A DNA stretch of 64,000 nt, taken from NCBI GenBank assembly GCA_951406725.2, contig OX597816.1, positions 35,712,001 to 35,776,000 of the forward strand, given 5' to 3'. A program made the position numbers and the translations under genes. The stretch is from Octopus vulgaris. Taxonomy: Eukaryota. Positions 40,076 to 53,330 of the stretch are shown piece after piece; within the stretch, counting starts at the first letter, position 1; every line of letters starts with the position of its first letter. The notes below the pieces were generated by a model that made no database searches, was not told where the DNA came from, and was given only the letters and a program-made list of their open reading frames with translations.

Positions 40076-41721
40076 TCAAATGCATATGCACACATACATT
40101 CCGAAAAAGATGTATGCACATGTATTTATGTACGTGTATATGACAGATAATGTTTGTATGAGACAGTCAGAGAAAGAAAGAGAAAGGGAGAGTGAATGAG
40201 TGCCACTTACACATACATGCAAAACATACATACCAAACAGCACGCACCTTCTCTCATTCACTCACTCACTCGCTCACTCATTCATTCTCTCCCTCACGCA
40301 CACGCATACTTGCACACGCAAAAACGTCCATTTCCTATACACACATATCTATCATTCACTTCCTCCTATCTTTCTCTCTCGGTACTCACTTCAAAGCAAA
40401 TGTCCCCTTTTCACTTTCTCCTGTCTTTCAGTTTCTTCTGTCTTCAATGCATAAAGAAATAAAATAGTTTTACGGAAATTAACGAACAATCGTATGACCC
40501 ATATATTCGACCATATGATCGAGTTGACCACTTTCTGCTTCAAACGAAAGAATACCATAAAATACCTTCCTTTGATGCACACACACACACACACTCTACC
40601 TGTCTCTTTCATATATCTCTCGGTGTCTCTCCTCCTCTCTCTCTCTCTCTTGGTAAAACTTTACAAATGATGTCATTCCTTGCTCTGTGCACGCGCAGTT
40701 TCATCTCGAATCCAATTGAAATTACCTTTTCTCTATTCTATAATTTGTGTTTCTGATGAGCGTATTTAAAAACCAGATCGACGATATAAACTTAAAAGGA
40801 AGTCCGAGGTGACATTTGTGCCCCTTTTTTTTAACCAAATTTGTTCCGATTCCTATCTTTTGGAAACTGGAGATTAAGATTTCACCCTAAAAAGCATGTT
40901 TTCAATACTTTGATTTTGTCTCATCCCACCCCAATTTCTTAATTTATTTTTACTTTTGCGAAAATCTTTTTTTTTGTATTTTGGTAATTCACAGTGGAAA
41001 GGTCAGAGAGTACGAATCGTTAAGAATTTTTATTTTTTCCTTTAACAAATGCTAAAAGCTTCTCCCACACATCCACCCATCACCTCACCACTTTCAAAGA
41101 GCTATAAACTTCCCAGTATTTCACTTTTAGCTTTTTGGAAAGCGGGGAAGTTTCTTAAAAAATAATGTCGTTTACCTGATGCTTGAAGCATTTCGGGTTT
41201 TCTGGTGGTGATCTGGTATTTTTTACATCTGCTATTTCAGTACAATTCTATGCATGCCTGAAACATCAGACGAAAGCGAAACATTGGGTGTTTTTAGCTT
41301 TTTGAAAGCGGGAAGGTGTTGGGTGGTCGAGAGGTGGGGGAAGAGGTATTGTGTGTTTCTTTAAGAAAAATTAAATTTAAAAAAATATATTTACCAGATT
41401 CGTGATCTCTGTATTTTTCTTTGTGGATAAAAAGAAAAAAATTCGAAAAAGTTACAACTTAAGAAATTGCGTTGGGCACGGGGGAAATAAAATTTTTGAA
41501 AATGTGATTTTGGGGCAAAATCGTACACGATGAATCAATTTATAGTTTGAGATCCTTCTGAAGAACAGAAAACATGTTCATGCAAACCTATGCAAATTGT
41601 ATTCTGCCCCTTCACTTTTAAACAAACAATAACTTCCATTACGCCAGAAATTCAGTTCGCTGTATATCAACTATGACGATTCTGGTCATAAGAAAGGAAA
41701 CTATAATATAATGTGGGTGTA

Positions 41722-41779
<58 letters not shown>

Positions 41780-41781
<2 letters not shown>

Positions 41782-42330
41782 TAATCCAAACATGAAAACA
41801 CAAAGACAAAAGACAAAAACGCGAGGACGTGGAACAAGTATAGTATTATTGGACGCTCAGGAAAGAAGGAAAGTTTAACGCTTCGAGCGGCGCTCTTCGT
41901 CAGAAACATACGAAAAGGAAAGATCCAGAGAAGGGAAGACGGAGGAAAAAAATCGCCAACGATACACACGGGGTCACGTTTTGAATGGCCGGAAGGGATA
42001 TATATGCATATAACTTTGTTGATGCTTGTATGAGAATGTCGACATGCGCCAGATGCTTCTGAACTAGTTGTTAAGTATCCTACTCGTGAGAGATTAATAC
42101 TAGATGGGTCTAAACAATTGTAGTGATCAATAAACATTCTCCTACCTTCCACCATTCGTCTGTCATAACCAATTATGATCTTTTCTATATGGATGGTAGC
42201 GTCTCGATTAATTCAATGTCGACCGATTTCCTTACACCCAGCATATTGCGATGAACTACATCTACCAACATTATGATAGATCTTCGAGACTCCAGAAACA
42301 ACTGTCGGATTATAATATGTTATTTCCTCC
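41780..42330 (-). mobile_element. 5'-truncated PLE (decayed endonuclease tip plus pLTR) ending in (TA)n; hammerhead at 41873-41907
   Basis: 41780-41980 is homologous to 56548-56746; GTTT-CTGACGA-A-GAGC-GCC-GCTC-GAAGC-GTT-AAAC. Upstream 'MFIDHYNCLDPSSINL' weakly resembles a GIY-YIG C-terminus. Confidence 0.7.
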
Positions 42331-43154
42331 CCTTTAGTTTTCCCTGTTTTGTGTACTTGGTGTAAATTTGAACTATTAATATAAATATCTATATACTTAT
42401 ACTTAAATATTCATTGTCTGAAAATCTCCAGTCTTTGCTTTCTCTCATGCAGACGTATATACATAGTTTGTGTATCAAACCCAAGCAGTTAAGTTTAATT
42501 TCTTCATCCGCATAATTGTTTATGTATACTTGCGTGATGTGTGTGAGTGTGTTAATTAGAAATTTATTTCGAGATATCTGACATGTTCCACACTTGTGCA
42601 CCTGTACAGACAATGTCAATTTTATCGAGGAAGTGAGTTTATGCATAGAACATGCATTTCATCACCATAAACAAATCATTTGTACTGGTCGCGTTCAGCA
42701 CAAGCTAAATACTCATACGTTGTTTTTGACGGGAGAGTCCATCGTGTATATATATATATACATATATATACTCGAGCAAAACGCCCCTCGTCCAATGGAC
42801 GGAGCTGAGCTGGCAAACATTTAAACAAAATTTTCTCAAAACAACTTGTTCGACAGTCACATAGGCCTCCCCTTTGAGAAATACTCATTTAACCTAAATT
42901 TGAGACACCAGCAAAATAGGAAATAAAGATAGACTTTTTTTTCTATTCCAAAGGAAAGACTTTATTCACAAAATCATGCAACCGAAGAGTTTAAAGTACC
43001 AGTGATGATAAGGCTGTTGACTGGGCGAATACAAACATCGTTTAAACAGTATGCTTGGCAGGAAAGAAACGTGCATTTAAGCAGTACAAAAACAGCAAAA
43101 AATGGAAGGAGCAGTTATGCTTAGGTTGACGGAAGATAAGCAGGACAAAAACAA

Positions 43155-43328
43155 ATTTATCGATCGCATTCTCACATGGAATCGACTTTTGTAATTTTCC
43201 CAAGACCTATACACGCCCTGAGACTGTAGGTATCTACATATCAAGTTTGAGCGCAATCGGATGGAGGATGCCCAAGATCCTAGCAGACAGACACACACAC
43301 AGAACATATTGTATATATATATATAGAG
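43155..43328 (+). mobile_element. Possible Helentron/DINE-1-like (HINE) non-autonomous fragment
   Basis: ACATATCAAGTTTGAGCGCAATCGGATG followed by (CAGA)/(CA) repeats and TATATATAGA is the typical architecture. Recognised by pattern only. Confidence 0.4.
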
Positions 43329-43380
43329 AGAGAGAGATTGATAGATAGATAGATTGCTATATATATATATATATATATAT

Positions 43381-43453
<73 letters not shown>

Positions 43454-43455
<2 letters not shown>

Positions 43456-43690
43456 TTACGGAGATGTACTTGCATAGCAAGTGACCTTATCTGAGATCGT
43501 GTGCTGGAACGAAAAGAGTTGCTGCGTGGAAGGTGTTTATAAGCCATAAAAGGAACACACAAAACTGTTAGATTCACTTCAGCATTTAAATTTAATTTGT
43601 CAAAATATTTTCGTCGCTTTGAGACTGCGATCTAACGGTTTTGTGTGTTTCTTAAATGGCTTATAAACACCTTCCACGCTGCAATTGTCA
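43454..43690 (-). mobile_element. PLE tail relic with inverted arm and half hammerhead
   Basis: Inverted repeat 43519-43573 / 43630-43684. Minus strand TCGC..GCGAC-GAAAATATTTT-GACAAA is cut off at 43630. Flanked by (GATA)n; same family as 1763-1914. Confidence 0.65.
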
Positions 43691-43744
43691 TATATAGATA
43701 GACAGACTGATATTTAGATAGATAGAGAGATGGATAGATAGATT

Positions 43745-43783
<39 letters not shown>

Positions 43784-43805
43784 ACATACATAGATAGAGA
43801 CAGAC

Positions 43806-43839
<34 letters not shown>

Positions 43840-43840
43840 T

Positions 43841-43910
<70 letters not shown>

Positions 43911-44424
43911 TTGACAGACAGATAGATAGATATTTTATATGTGTGTCTGCGTGTATGTGTGCGTGTGTGTACATTTGCACACACACACACACATGGAATT
44001 ACATAAGTAAAGGATTAAATCACTGAATAGGTAGCGAACTGTGACCGAAGAACTTTGATTAACAAACAACTGATTGATTGTTAAATGAGCTCATTAAAGA
44101 AACGATCGATTTGTCAGCTGGTTAGATATTAAACCAATCGTCAGGCAATAACTGATTGGTAATGAACCAGTGCGTTTCTTCTTATTATTATTGGCGAAAT
44201 AACTTCCCCAAGACACAACAAAATTTGCTTGAACACATGAATTCACATGAAGATTCTTGCAAACCAATTTCAAAAATTTATAACTTTCCACCTCTAGACT
44301 GGAAGTTATATCAAATTCCTTAAGAGAAATGAATAAATCTATGAAATTACCATTTTAAACAAAATGTGTCGGCGGAAATTGGAAACAGACAAAACATCAA
44401 TAAAGGCAATACACATGTCTCCAA

Positions 44425-44570
44425 TGTGAACATAAGTTGATGAAATTCCGCTAAGATGGACTTTGCCTTTCCTCCTTTTGTGGTCGATTAATTGAGCAAT
44501 GGGATCGCTGTAATCGACTCGCTCGCATCTCTACAATTGCTGGCCTTGTGCTGAAATCTGAAACTAATAT
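44425..44570 (+). mobile_element. Nin-domain-like SINE, partial
   Basis: AAATTCCGC..GACTTTGCCTTTCCTCCTTTTGTGGTCGAT..TAATCGACT..GGCCTTGTG..GAAACTAATAT. Confidence 0.7.
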
Positions 44571-44581
44571 AGGTCAATCGT

Positions 44582-44820
44582 GGAGGCGCGTGACTTAGTG
44601 ATTAGGGTGTCAGCAACATGATGTTAACATTGTGTTTTCGATTCCTGGACCGAGCGATGCGTCGTGTTCTTGAGCAAAACACTTTATTTCACGTTGCTCC
44701 AGTCCACTCAGCTGGCAAAAAGTGAGTAACTCTGCGATAGACTGGCGTCCCATCCAGTTAGGGGACACATACGCCATAGAAACCGGGATACCGGGCCCGT
44801 AAGCCTGACTAGACTTTAAA
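44582..44820 (+). mobile_element. tRNA-derived SINE, Meta-domain-like family
   Basis: A box TGACTTAGTGA, B box TTCGATTCC, TTGAGCAAAACACTT, and CTGCGATAGACTGGCGTCCCATCCAG..GAAACCGGG. Confidence 0.75.
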
Positions 44821-46440
44821 AATGTCAATCCACAGCTAATAAATTTAACGAAGATGACATTCTAACTTTCATGTAATATTTTCGAAGATGTTTTTCTTTT
44901 TGCATAAAAGTTAAAATTGCTATAAAAAATAACCGTGAAGCAGTTCCTATTGAGTGCGCCATTATAAATATTTCAGAAAATGAGAGATAACTGAGTTTCA
45001 CAGATTTCATTTTCAGTTTTGATAAACACAGTAATTGTTGTCATTTTTTTCTATTTTTAACATGCTTTATTTTAGTAAGTGAGATTGCAAAAGAATCCCG
45101 TGAAATATTCACATTATCAATATTTCTGACAATTTTTAGAATCCAAATATGAACGTTATTCAAATATAGTATCATAAAGAAGTTATTAAGAAACAATATA
45201 TAATAGAATTGAGGATGGATATAATTATCAACAACGTTAATCGTTGAAAGTTGAGAAGTCATATATCAGTTTCTCGATAGTCATAAAATTTTTATGAGTG
45301 ATTATACTAAAGTTGCTAGATGAAATCTTATCGAATCAGGCTTAGCAAACATGCCAATAAAGTAATTGCTAAAGATAAATACATCATAGCCTTCCATCAT
45401 AATAAATTTAAAAGGCATAGAGCTATATTTTACGGCTATAATTAGATGGAATATGTTTGCGCCAGCAAAGAAAGACATGGATCGTAATACTGAACAGAAA
45501 GCATGTATTTCGCAAAATTATATATTGATATGGATGTGCAAATGTTATGATTTATGTTCTGTAAATTAGTAAACGCATAAGCAGCACTTTTTCTTTCTTT
45601 CAGTGATACTGAATAAATTAACTTACATTATTTATTATTGTGTAAAGCGAGCCGGTGTACTTTATATATACGTGTGTGTGTGTGCGTGTGTGTTTATGTT
45701 AAGAATTGTAATTGGCCAAATACATGGCGGTTCAATCTGCATGAATATATGTTGCCTACTACAAAAGCGGAAGTAGAGACGCTAATACCACTTTATATCC
45801 TGATTAGACACTGGCAGTTTGGAGACATCGATAAAGAGGAAATTAAGAATTTTATTTTTCCAAAACGACAGCCAGGATCTTATACAGAAATACAAACAAA
45901 ACACACCAGAAGGATTTAAGCTGGAATAGATTCATTGCTTTAATTTCCAAAACGCTGTGCTATATAAACTCATTATTATAACATCACAAACTCTGCAAAT
46001 ATTTCTGTTCTGATCTTAGTTTCATGCATTTCCCCCGAATAAATAACAGAAAGCATCTACAATATCTATAGAATAATAATTACGAAAATTCTAGGTTAAC
46101 TTTTTACCAATTTTCAGTACCATTTTCCCAGTATTTCAAGTTTGTTTCCTCTATTGTCATTCACATTAGTTTAGGCGTTTTCATTACCCATATGAAATTA
46201 AATGAAATTGAAAAAAAAATCATTGAACGCCTCAATGACATGCAACATGCTCTTTAAACACATCGGATTCACATATGATTAACTACATTAGGGAAACATT
46301 TCTTTTAACATTGTCGACAACATGTTTGGATTTCATTGGGCTTCAGTCTTCATGAAAAATCAAATTCTGAGCTGAAAGATTTTCTCAGGGATTTCATTAG
46401 ATTAGACGTGGATTGGACCCATATTTACCGAAACAAACTC

Positions 46441-46659
46441 TCTTTACTTTTTACTCTTTTACTTGTTTCAGTCATTTGACTGTGGCCTTGCTGGAGCACC
46501 GCCTTTAGTCGAGCAAATTGCCCCCATGACTTATTTATTGTAAGTTTAGTACTTATTCTATCGGTCTCTTTTGCTGAACTGCTAAGTTACGGGGAGGTAA
46601 ACACACCAGCATCGGTTGTCAGGTGATGTTGGGAGACAAACGCAGACACACAAATATAT

Positions 46660-46728
<69 letters not shown>

Positions 46729-46910
46729 TATACATATACATATATACGACGGGCTTCTTTCAGTTTCCGTCTACCTAATCCACTCACAAGGCTTTGGTTG
46801 GCCCGAGGCTATAATAGAAGACACTTGCCCAAGTTGCCACGCAATGGGACTGAACCCTGGACCATGTGGCTGGTAAGCAAAATACTTACCACACAGCCAC
46901 TCCTACGTCT
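46441..46910 (-). mobile_element. Full-length CORE-type SINE with internal (TA)/(TG)n
   Basis: tRNA-like head, CORE-like block, microsatellite at 46650-46745, 3' region, and tail GGCGGTGCTCCAGCA..TGACTGAAACAAGTAAAAGAG. Confidence 0.88.
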
Positions 46911-48400
46911 ATAAGATTATTGTAGATAATATTTGTGTACATATATATACATACATATACTCATAGCAATATGTGTTTGCAATTATATATATACATATGC
47001 GCACACTCACACACATACGTGTGTATGTGTGCATGTGTGCGTGTATGTGTGTGTGTGAAGATGTGTGTCAGCGTTTTTATGTATGTACGTATTAAGAACA
47101 ATTTTTAATAACTTTTGTATAAAGTATAATTCAAAGAAGTGTCATGTTAAAATAATTTTATAATAAGATATGTCTTCCACATATGTCATGTTTTTATATA
47201 AACGTGCATGCGACCTAAGGGGACGCTTATTCTTGATTATGGAACCTTTTCATCTATCTTTGCTTTTAACTATATTTAACTTATATTTCTTTGATGCTGC
47301 GAGATTTTGCTTGTATAATCAGGTGACAGATTTATTACTCAGCTTTTGGTTTGGAAAATTTATGTCAGAAGCACACCCAGTGATGTATTATTTCCTTGTT
47401 CGCGACTGAATTTTAAGACATAATACTTTTAAATCCATCGTTGGATATATATTTGCTTCCGTAAGTATTAAGAATGAAATAGCTAGTTGAGTCGGAATTT
47501 TAGATGTGCATTTGACATTCTTTTCCTGATTGTATTATATTTTTTTACAAAGCGAATAATTTATTCTGAACATGACTCGTGTTATGAAATATTGCTAACT
47601 GCTCCATAGAAATACGTGATAGTATTTCTGGAAATTTTCAAGTGATAATTGGAAAATATAATGTAATATGAAATTACAAAACCTATATCTAATGTGTCCC
47701 CTAAAAAGGTAAATTGTATGCAATACTAACAAATCAGAATGTGTGGCCAAATGTTTTGTGAAATATCGAACATACATAAACCAAATACCTGTCACATAAT
47801 GTAATGTGTTTTATTTTTGCATCAACTAATAGTGTATTATTTTCTTTTGACTGAATGTTTATAATTAATTGTCACAGAATATTCTCTCGTTCACATTCAC
47901 CGTAAGAAGCAACAGGCGAACAACTCACTACCAAATTATTTGTTCAACATGGTCCACCAACCTCCAATTGTAGCATTCGTACTTGCAACCACAGAGATTA
48001 TCTTTCCCAAGTATTGATTTTACCTAACCACCTGTCAGTGTCTCTTTTCCTAATCAATGTGATGTTTTTCAATATATTCCAAACAACTAACCCAATTATT
48101 GTGTGACAATTGGCTAGCAAATGGAAGCTGCACAATGATGTGTATGCGATGTTATTCTATATTCAGATGATAAATATCAAAATTATGAGAATTGAATAAA
48201 TTTTGCACAATTATCTATGTCTCAAAAGACAGATATAATGTTATCTACTGGGTAACATCTTGACACACTATAATCAACCTGTACTTGATGATCTAGTAAT
48301 GCTGATACTGATTCTCACTCACTCATATAAGTATTATACATGCATAAAAATATATATATATATATCGATTTATATATATATGTATATATATATATATATA

Positions 48401-49382
48401 TTGGTAAAAACGGTAAGATAACAAAAGAAAAAAGAGACCTCAATATTATGTAAATAGAGGAAATTTATCTATAAAATAATATGTTTCATTTACTCAATAG
48501 TCAAGATAAAACTCTGAGTTTCAGATGCCGAAGTGGAAATCCACAACACCATATCTTCGGTTATCTGGCTATCTGAAAAACGCTATGAAAAAATAACGTT
48601 ATATAAAGGGAAATTACTGTGTTATAATTCTACTCGCGAACCCACGTGCGTACTTATACGTCACTATGAAAACGTATACATCTTCACTCGCATTTTTCGC
48701 CAAATATATACGCATATATATACAAACTCATACACACACACATGCTTACCGTAAATGTTCATACATACGTCTATATACGCACACGCACAAGAAAAACCAT
48801 GGTTAAAGGTAACAGAAAAAAACATAAGGAAGTATAAAAATCTTAAAAACCACGTTCATATACGGACATGCCCCTATGCACTCATACACACACACGCCCA
48901 TATGTACATACCGCACATATTTATATACACATACATACACACGCGTATACAAAAAATGAATACACATATGTCCCCCCCCCCCCATATATATATATATATG
49001 TGCGTGTGTTTGTGTGTATAAATTAGAGAAGAACAACCATGTAGCAATTCAAAAATGTTATACTTAAATCATACCATATAGAAAAAAATTAAAGATACGA
49101 TAAAATATTTACCTAGAACTAAATAACGTACGAAATAATAAATAAATAGTATATAATTCCCCATTTATATATACTTTATATAAATAGTATATATTTTATA
49201 TAAAGTGTATATAAATAGTATATAATTATATATAACGTGTGACAATTACTCGGTAGCCATTATAAAACTCCGAGTTTTATCATGGCTACCGAATAATAGT
49301 CACATATATTTACAGATAAATTCCTTTATTTACATTATATTCTTATTCATTCTTTTGTTGTCTTACCAGTTCTAAATTCTAT

Positions 49383-49386
<4 letters not shown>
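48401..49386 (-). mobile_element. PLE relic bounded by outward-facing pLTR tails; hammerhead at 48504-48566
   Basis: 48401-48564 is near-identical to 736-900. AGATAA-CCGAAGA-...-GAAAC-TCAGA-GTT-TTATCT gives a 6-bp stem I. Palindrome 49238-49304 is centred on stem III, and 49305-49385 is an inverted, diverged tail. TA arrays lie on both sides. Confidence 0.75.
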
Positions 49387-49426
<40 letters not shown>

Positions 49427-49451
49427 TTATATATATATATATACATGTGTT

Positions 49452-49492
<41 letters not shown>

Positions 49493-49504
49493 GTGTTTGA
49501 AAAT

Positions 49505-50140
49505 GGAGACAAACGCTCAAGATGTTATTAAATCATTTGTATATTACAACTCGAACATGTGTTGAGATGATGTCTTTGTTATGGTTTTCAGTCGCCTCAT
49601 ATTGAAAAAACTGTCATCTGGCTGGTACCTGACTGATTTTTGCATCTTTCAGCTTGAATGAATGCCTGGCGTGGAGGGCTACGCCTGCCATGTAGTAGTT
49701 GAAGATGACTGGGGCAAGTACGCATCCTTGCTTGACACCCACTTGGGCAGGGAATAAGGCAGACTGGGTACCATTATAGACGACTCTGGCCATTATTCTG
49801 TTATGGAAGTCCATCAGAAAAGCAAGAAAATGTGGTGGGCAACCGAAAGCAAGAAGATGCCTCGGCTATTTCCACAGACTGCTCTGTCACCTTTGTTTTT
49901 TTATAGTGCAACTATGTTGGCATCTTTCCATTGACGGGGCACGCAGTGGGAATCGATGCTCTGCAGATGAAAGCATGGATGTGGGTCCTCGGACCGGTCG
50001 TCATGTCGGCGGGCAGGTAGTCAATGCGGGATGCCTTGTTTAACTTGAGGCCATTTATCACAGATTCGTTTTCTCCGAAGGCTGGCGTATTATCTATAGA
50101 TGCGTGGTAGTGAAGGAATGTTGTCAAGAGAAGAAGGTTC
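49505..50140 (-). mobile_element. RTE (BovB-like) LINE, inverted 5' segment
   Basis: 'INGLKLNKASRIDYLPA', 'FHNRIMARV....SALF...GVKQGCVLAPVIFN', 'SFFNMRRLKT' and 'FEL*YTND'. Confidence 0.85.
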
Positions 50141-50144
50141 TATG

Positions 50145-51060
50145 AAGTTTCTTCGAGTTGCAATATGCAGATTATAAGGCACTTATCAACCGTAGCTCTG
50201 CTGGCCTACAAAGTCTCTTGGACCACATGTTAGATGGAGACAGACATGCTGGCCTAGTCATCAATATCAAGAAGACGGAAATCTCCCAAGAGCCGCTGAC
50301 ACCAACTCATGCCCCTTCCATGTTGAAGATGCGATAATTGTTAATGTTAAATAATTCACGTATCTTGGTTCAGTCCTCAACAACACATTCGATCTGACGG
50401 ACGCATTCGTCTTGCCTCCGCTACATTTGGTCGGCTAAGTACTCGCGTGTTTCTCAACAAAAATATCAACATCAAAACAAGAGTGGCTGTCTACAATGTT
50501 TCTGTCTCAATCCTGCTATATGGTTGCATGTCCCGAGATACTGGAACGGTTTCATATCTCTCGCCGAATACGTGGCCGAACAAACAGCCAACCATTGGAG
50601 GTACGAATCGCTAACCGCCAACTCAGATGGGTAAGTCATGGCATTCAAATGCCTTCAAATCGATTGTTCCTCTTGTTATATACAGCAAACTTGATGATGG
50701 AATACGCTCTGTCAGTGGTCAGCACAAGCGCTTTAAAGATCCCTTGAAGGCAATGTTGAAATAGTGTCATATCCCTCCCGACAGTCTCGAATCAATGGCT
50801 GCAGATCGCATTAACTGACGTGACGCATACAAGACTGGCACCACCAGACTCCATGAAGTTCTACTGAAGAATGAAGTAACACGCTGCAGCCGCCGGCACG
50901 TGCAGAACCATGGAAGTCAACAGCAGCAAGGCTTTTCATGCTCCGCCTCCGGACGTATCTGTCTCTCCAGAATCGGACTTCATAGTCATCACAGAACTAC
51001 AAACGACATTTGGGGAAAGTGCTCATCGCTTCGCGATCTTCACGAGATGTTGGTGATGTT
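50145..51060 (+). mobile_element. RTE (BovB-like) LINE, decayed 3' segment
   Basis: 'FELQYAD', 'GLVINIKKTE', 'FTYLGSVL', 'ASATFGRL', 'QLRWVSH..MPSNRL', 'GQHKRFKD' and 'CSASGRICLSRIGLHSH'. Confidence 0.85.
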
Positions 51061-51513
51061 AAATCGTTTATTCCTTCATACCATCGATAAACGAATCGAT
51101 GGATGCATTCAAATTAAATCCGATAGGATCCATCGAAATATGTGTCGATGATATGAAGATATTAATGATTTAATAGCATACATTTGTTTCCATTTTCAGT
51201 TGTTCCTATGTTCTCCAAAATACGTGTCGCTTAATAACTCCCACATACGTGTGATCACTAATCCCTAGGATTCTTATGTGACGTCTTGTAATTATTCCCT
51301 TGGACCTTTCGTATAAATTGAACATTCAAATATATATATATGCATAACAAAAATAATTTAATTAAACAGCGAATGCATTCTTACTTCTAGTGAATATTTT
51401 ACTTTATTTCAGTAAACTGTTGAACTTGCGCAGTTTTCTAAAGCAGATGATACTTTCACATTTTATGTGTGTGTGTGTATATGTGTGCATGTATATATTA
51501 TATGTGAGTATGT

Positions 51514-51624
51514 AGGCGTAGAAATAGCCGTGTGGTAAGTAGATTGCTTACCAACCACCTGGTTCCGGGTCCAGCCTTGTGAGTGTAATTGCTAGAGAGA
51601 ACTGAAAGAAGCCCATCGTGTATG

Positions 51625-51720
<96 letters not shown>

Positions 51721-51899
51721 GAGTCCCCCCAACATGGCTAGACAACCGATGCTCGTGTGTTTACGTCACCATAACTTAGCGGTTCGGCAAAAGAGGGAGA
51801 TAGAATAAGTACTAGGCTTACAAACAATAAGTCATGGGGGCGATTTGCTCGACTAAAGACGGTGCTCTAGCATGGCCGCAGTCAACATGGGTGAAACAA

Positions 51900-51900
<1 letters not shown>
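51514..51900 (+). mobile_element. CORE-type SINE with internal (TA)n
   Basis: Same architecture as 46441-46910, with a deletion in the CORE part. Confidence 0.85.
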
Positions 51901-51973
<73 letters not shown>

Positions 51974-52964
51974 ATATATATAGCTATCTTATTAAAGGAT
52001 AGCTTCAGTTTAGTTTGCCTTTCTGCTGTCAAGATACTATTTTAGGAAGGTAAATGTTCCTCATATCAATATCGTTGTTGATTGTCATTGATGAATGTAT
52101 GTCGCCTGGGCACTGGTTTCCGTATAGAAATACTATGAATTATCTGTTTTGTCTTATTTCTTGTGACTTCCTTCGGAAATTTCACTTTTAGTTCCCTGAT
52201 CAATTCTTATTAAGTTAGACATGGCCTGGACCGACCATTGGTCGAAACATATCTAAGTTTATATATGAAATGCGAGTATAATTTTAATCACAAAAAATAT
52301 GTAGGTGTTACGGTTTAATAAAATACAATAAGCGCAAAACGAAATAGGAATGCATTTGTTGTTTAATTATCTACTGCGGCATAAGAGAAAAAATATCTGT
52401 AGAAGTATTTTCCTTCACATGAAATTCAAAGTATTTGCCTAAAAATATTACATTTTTTTTATTTTCGTTGAAAATGTAATTATGAATTAACTATGAACCA
52501 CATTCATGGATGCAAATATAAACATATAATTTTATCCATTCTAAATATCCATAATTATAAATCTAGAATCGCCGTTGTTGATTGGAGTGGAAGCTATGAA
52601 CAATAGGCGTATGTGCCCAATTCATAACATTGTCCATATCATCGAAAAGAGCCCTTGTGGAAAAATACGAAGACAATTAAATCTTCTGCCATGACAACAT
52701 CATATTCATTAGTAAAGAAAATTATATTTTATAGAGAAATAGAAATTGTGAGAGTTATATAAATGGATTCAGAATACAGCACGATATAGCTTTAAGCAAA
52801 CTTATTATATTGGAAATTATTAGGTGTTCCTTTATATTATTAGAACGAGATGATTTCAATTTTTTCGCCAATGACAGTTGTTGGTAACATGTCATAAGAT
52901 ATACATGTTTTTTTTTTATTCTGATGAGTTTAAAATACTATAAGCCTAGGCAACCAAGTGATTT

Positions 52965-53330
52965 CTTCAGTTCTCCAAGAGTATCACGCTGTATTATATG
53001 GCAGTCAAAAATTGACATTAACACATAAATTATCAAACAGACTAAATGGATGCGAGACAAGGCTGTTACGAATACCTTTAAATGTGGAATGGCATCAACT
53101 TATGACAAATGAATGTCTTTATGGGAACTTGTTTAAAATTAGAAAGAAGATCGGGCAAAGACGTCTGTAATTACCTGATCACTGAGTACGTCACACAGAA
53201 TTGGTAGCATCTAAATTAGACTTATGGAACCCACTTCATGATGATATAAGAAGAGGAAAATGTCGTCACAATTACATTGACAATTTGACTGCAGACATGG
53301 GCCTGGAAAACATCCAGGGCCTCGAGGCTG
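52965..53330 (+). mobile_element. Decayed 3' end of an RTE-clade LINE
   Basis: 'AVLYGSQKLTL...RLNGCETRLLRIPLNVEW..MTNECLYGNL.KI..KI.QRRL', 'RHTELVAS' and 'LWNP'. Confidence 0.75.

Noticed and set aside
40753-40790. CTGATGA exact matches (also at 52921)
   Set aside because: No stem II plus GAAA in register; expected by chance.
40795-41640. Possible non-autonomous DNA element with an internal duplicate (TTTTAGCTTTTT.GAAAGCGGG)
   Set aside because: No TIRs, TSD or second copy found in the window.
52212-52260. GACC-ATT-GGTC-GAAACATATC hammerhead 3' half
   Set aside because: No recognisable core box upstream and no adjacent stem I.
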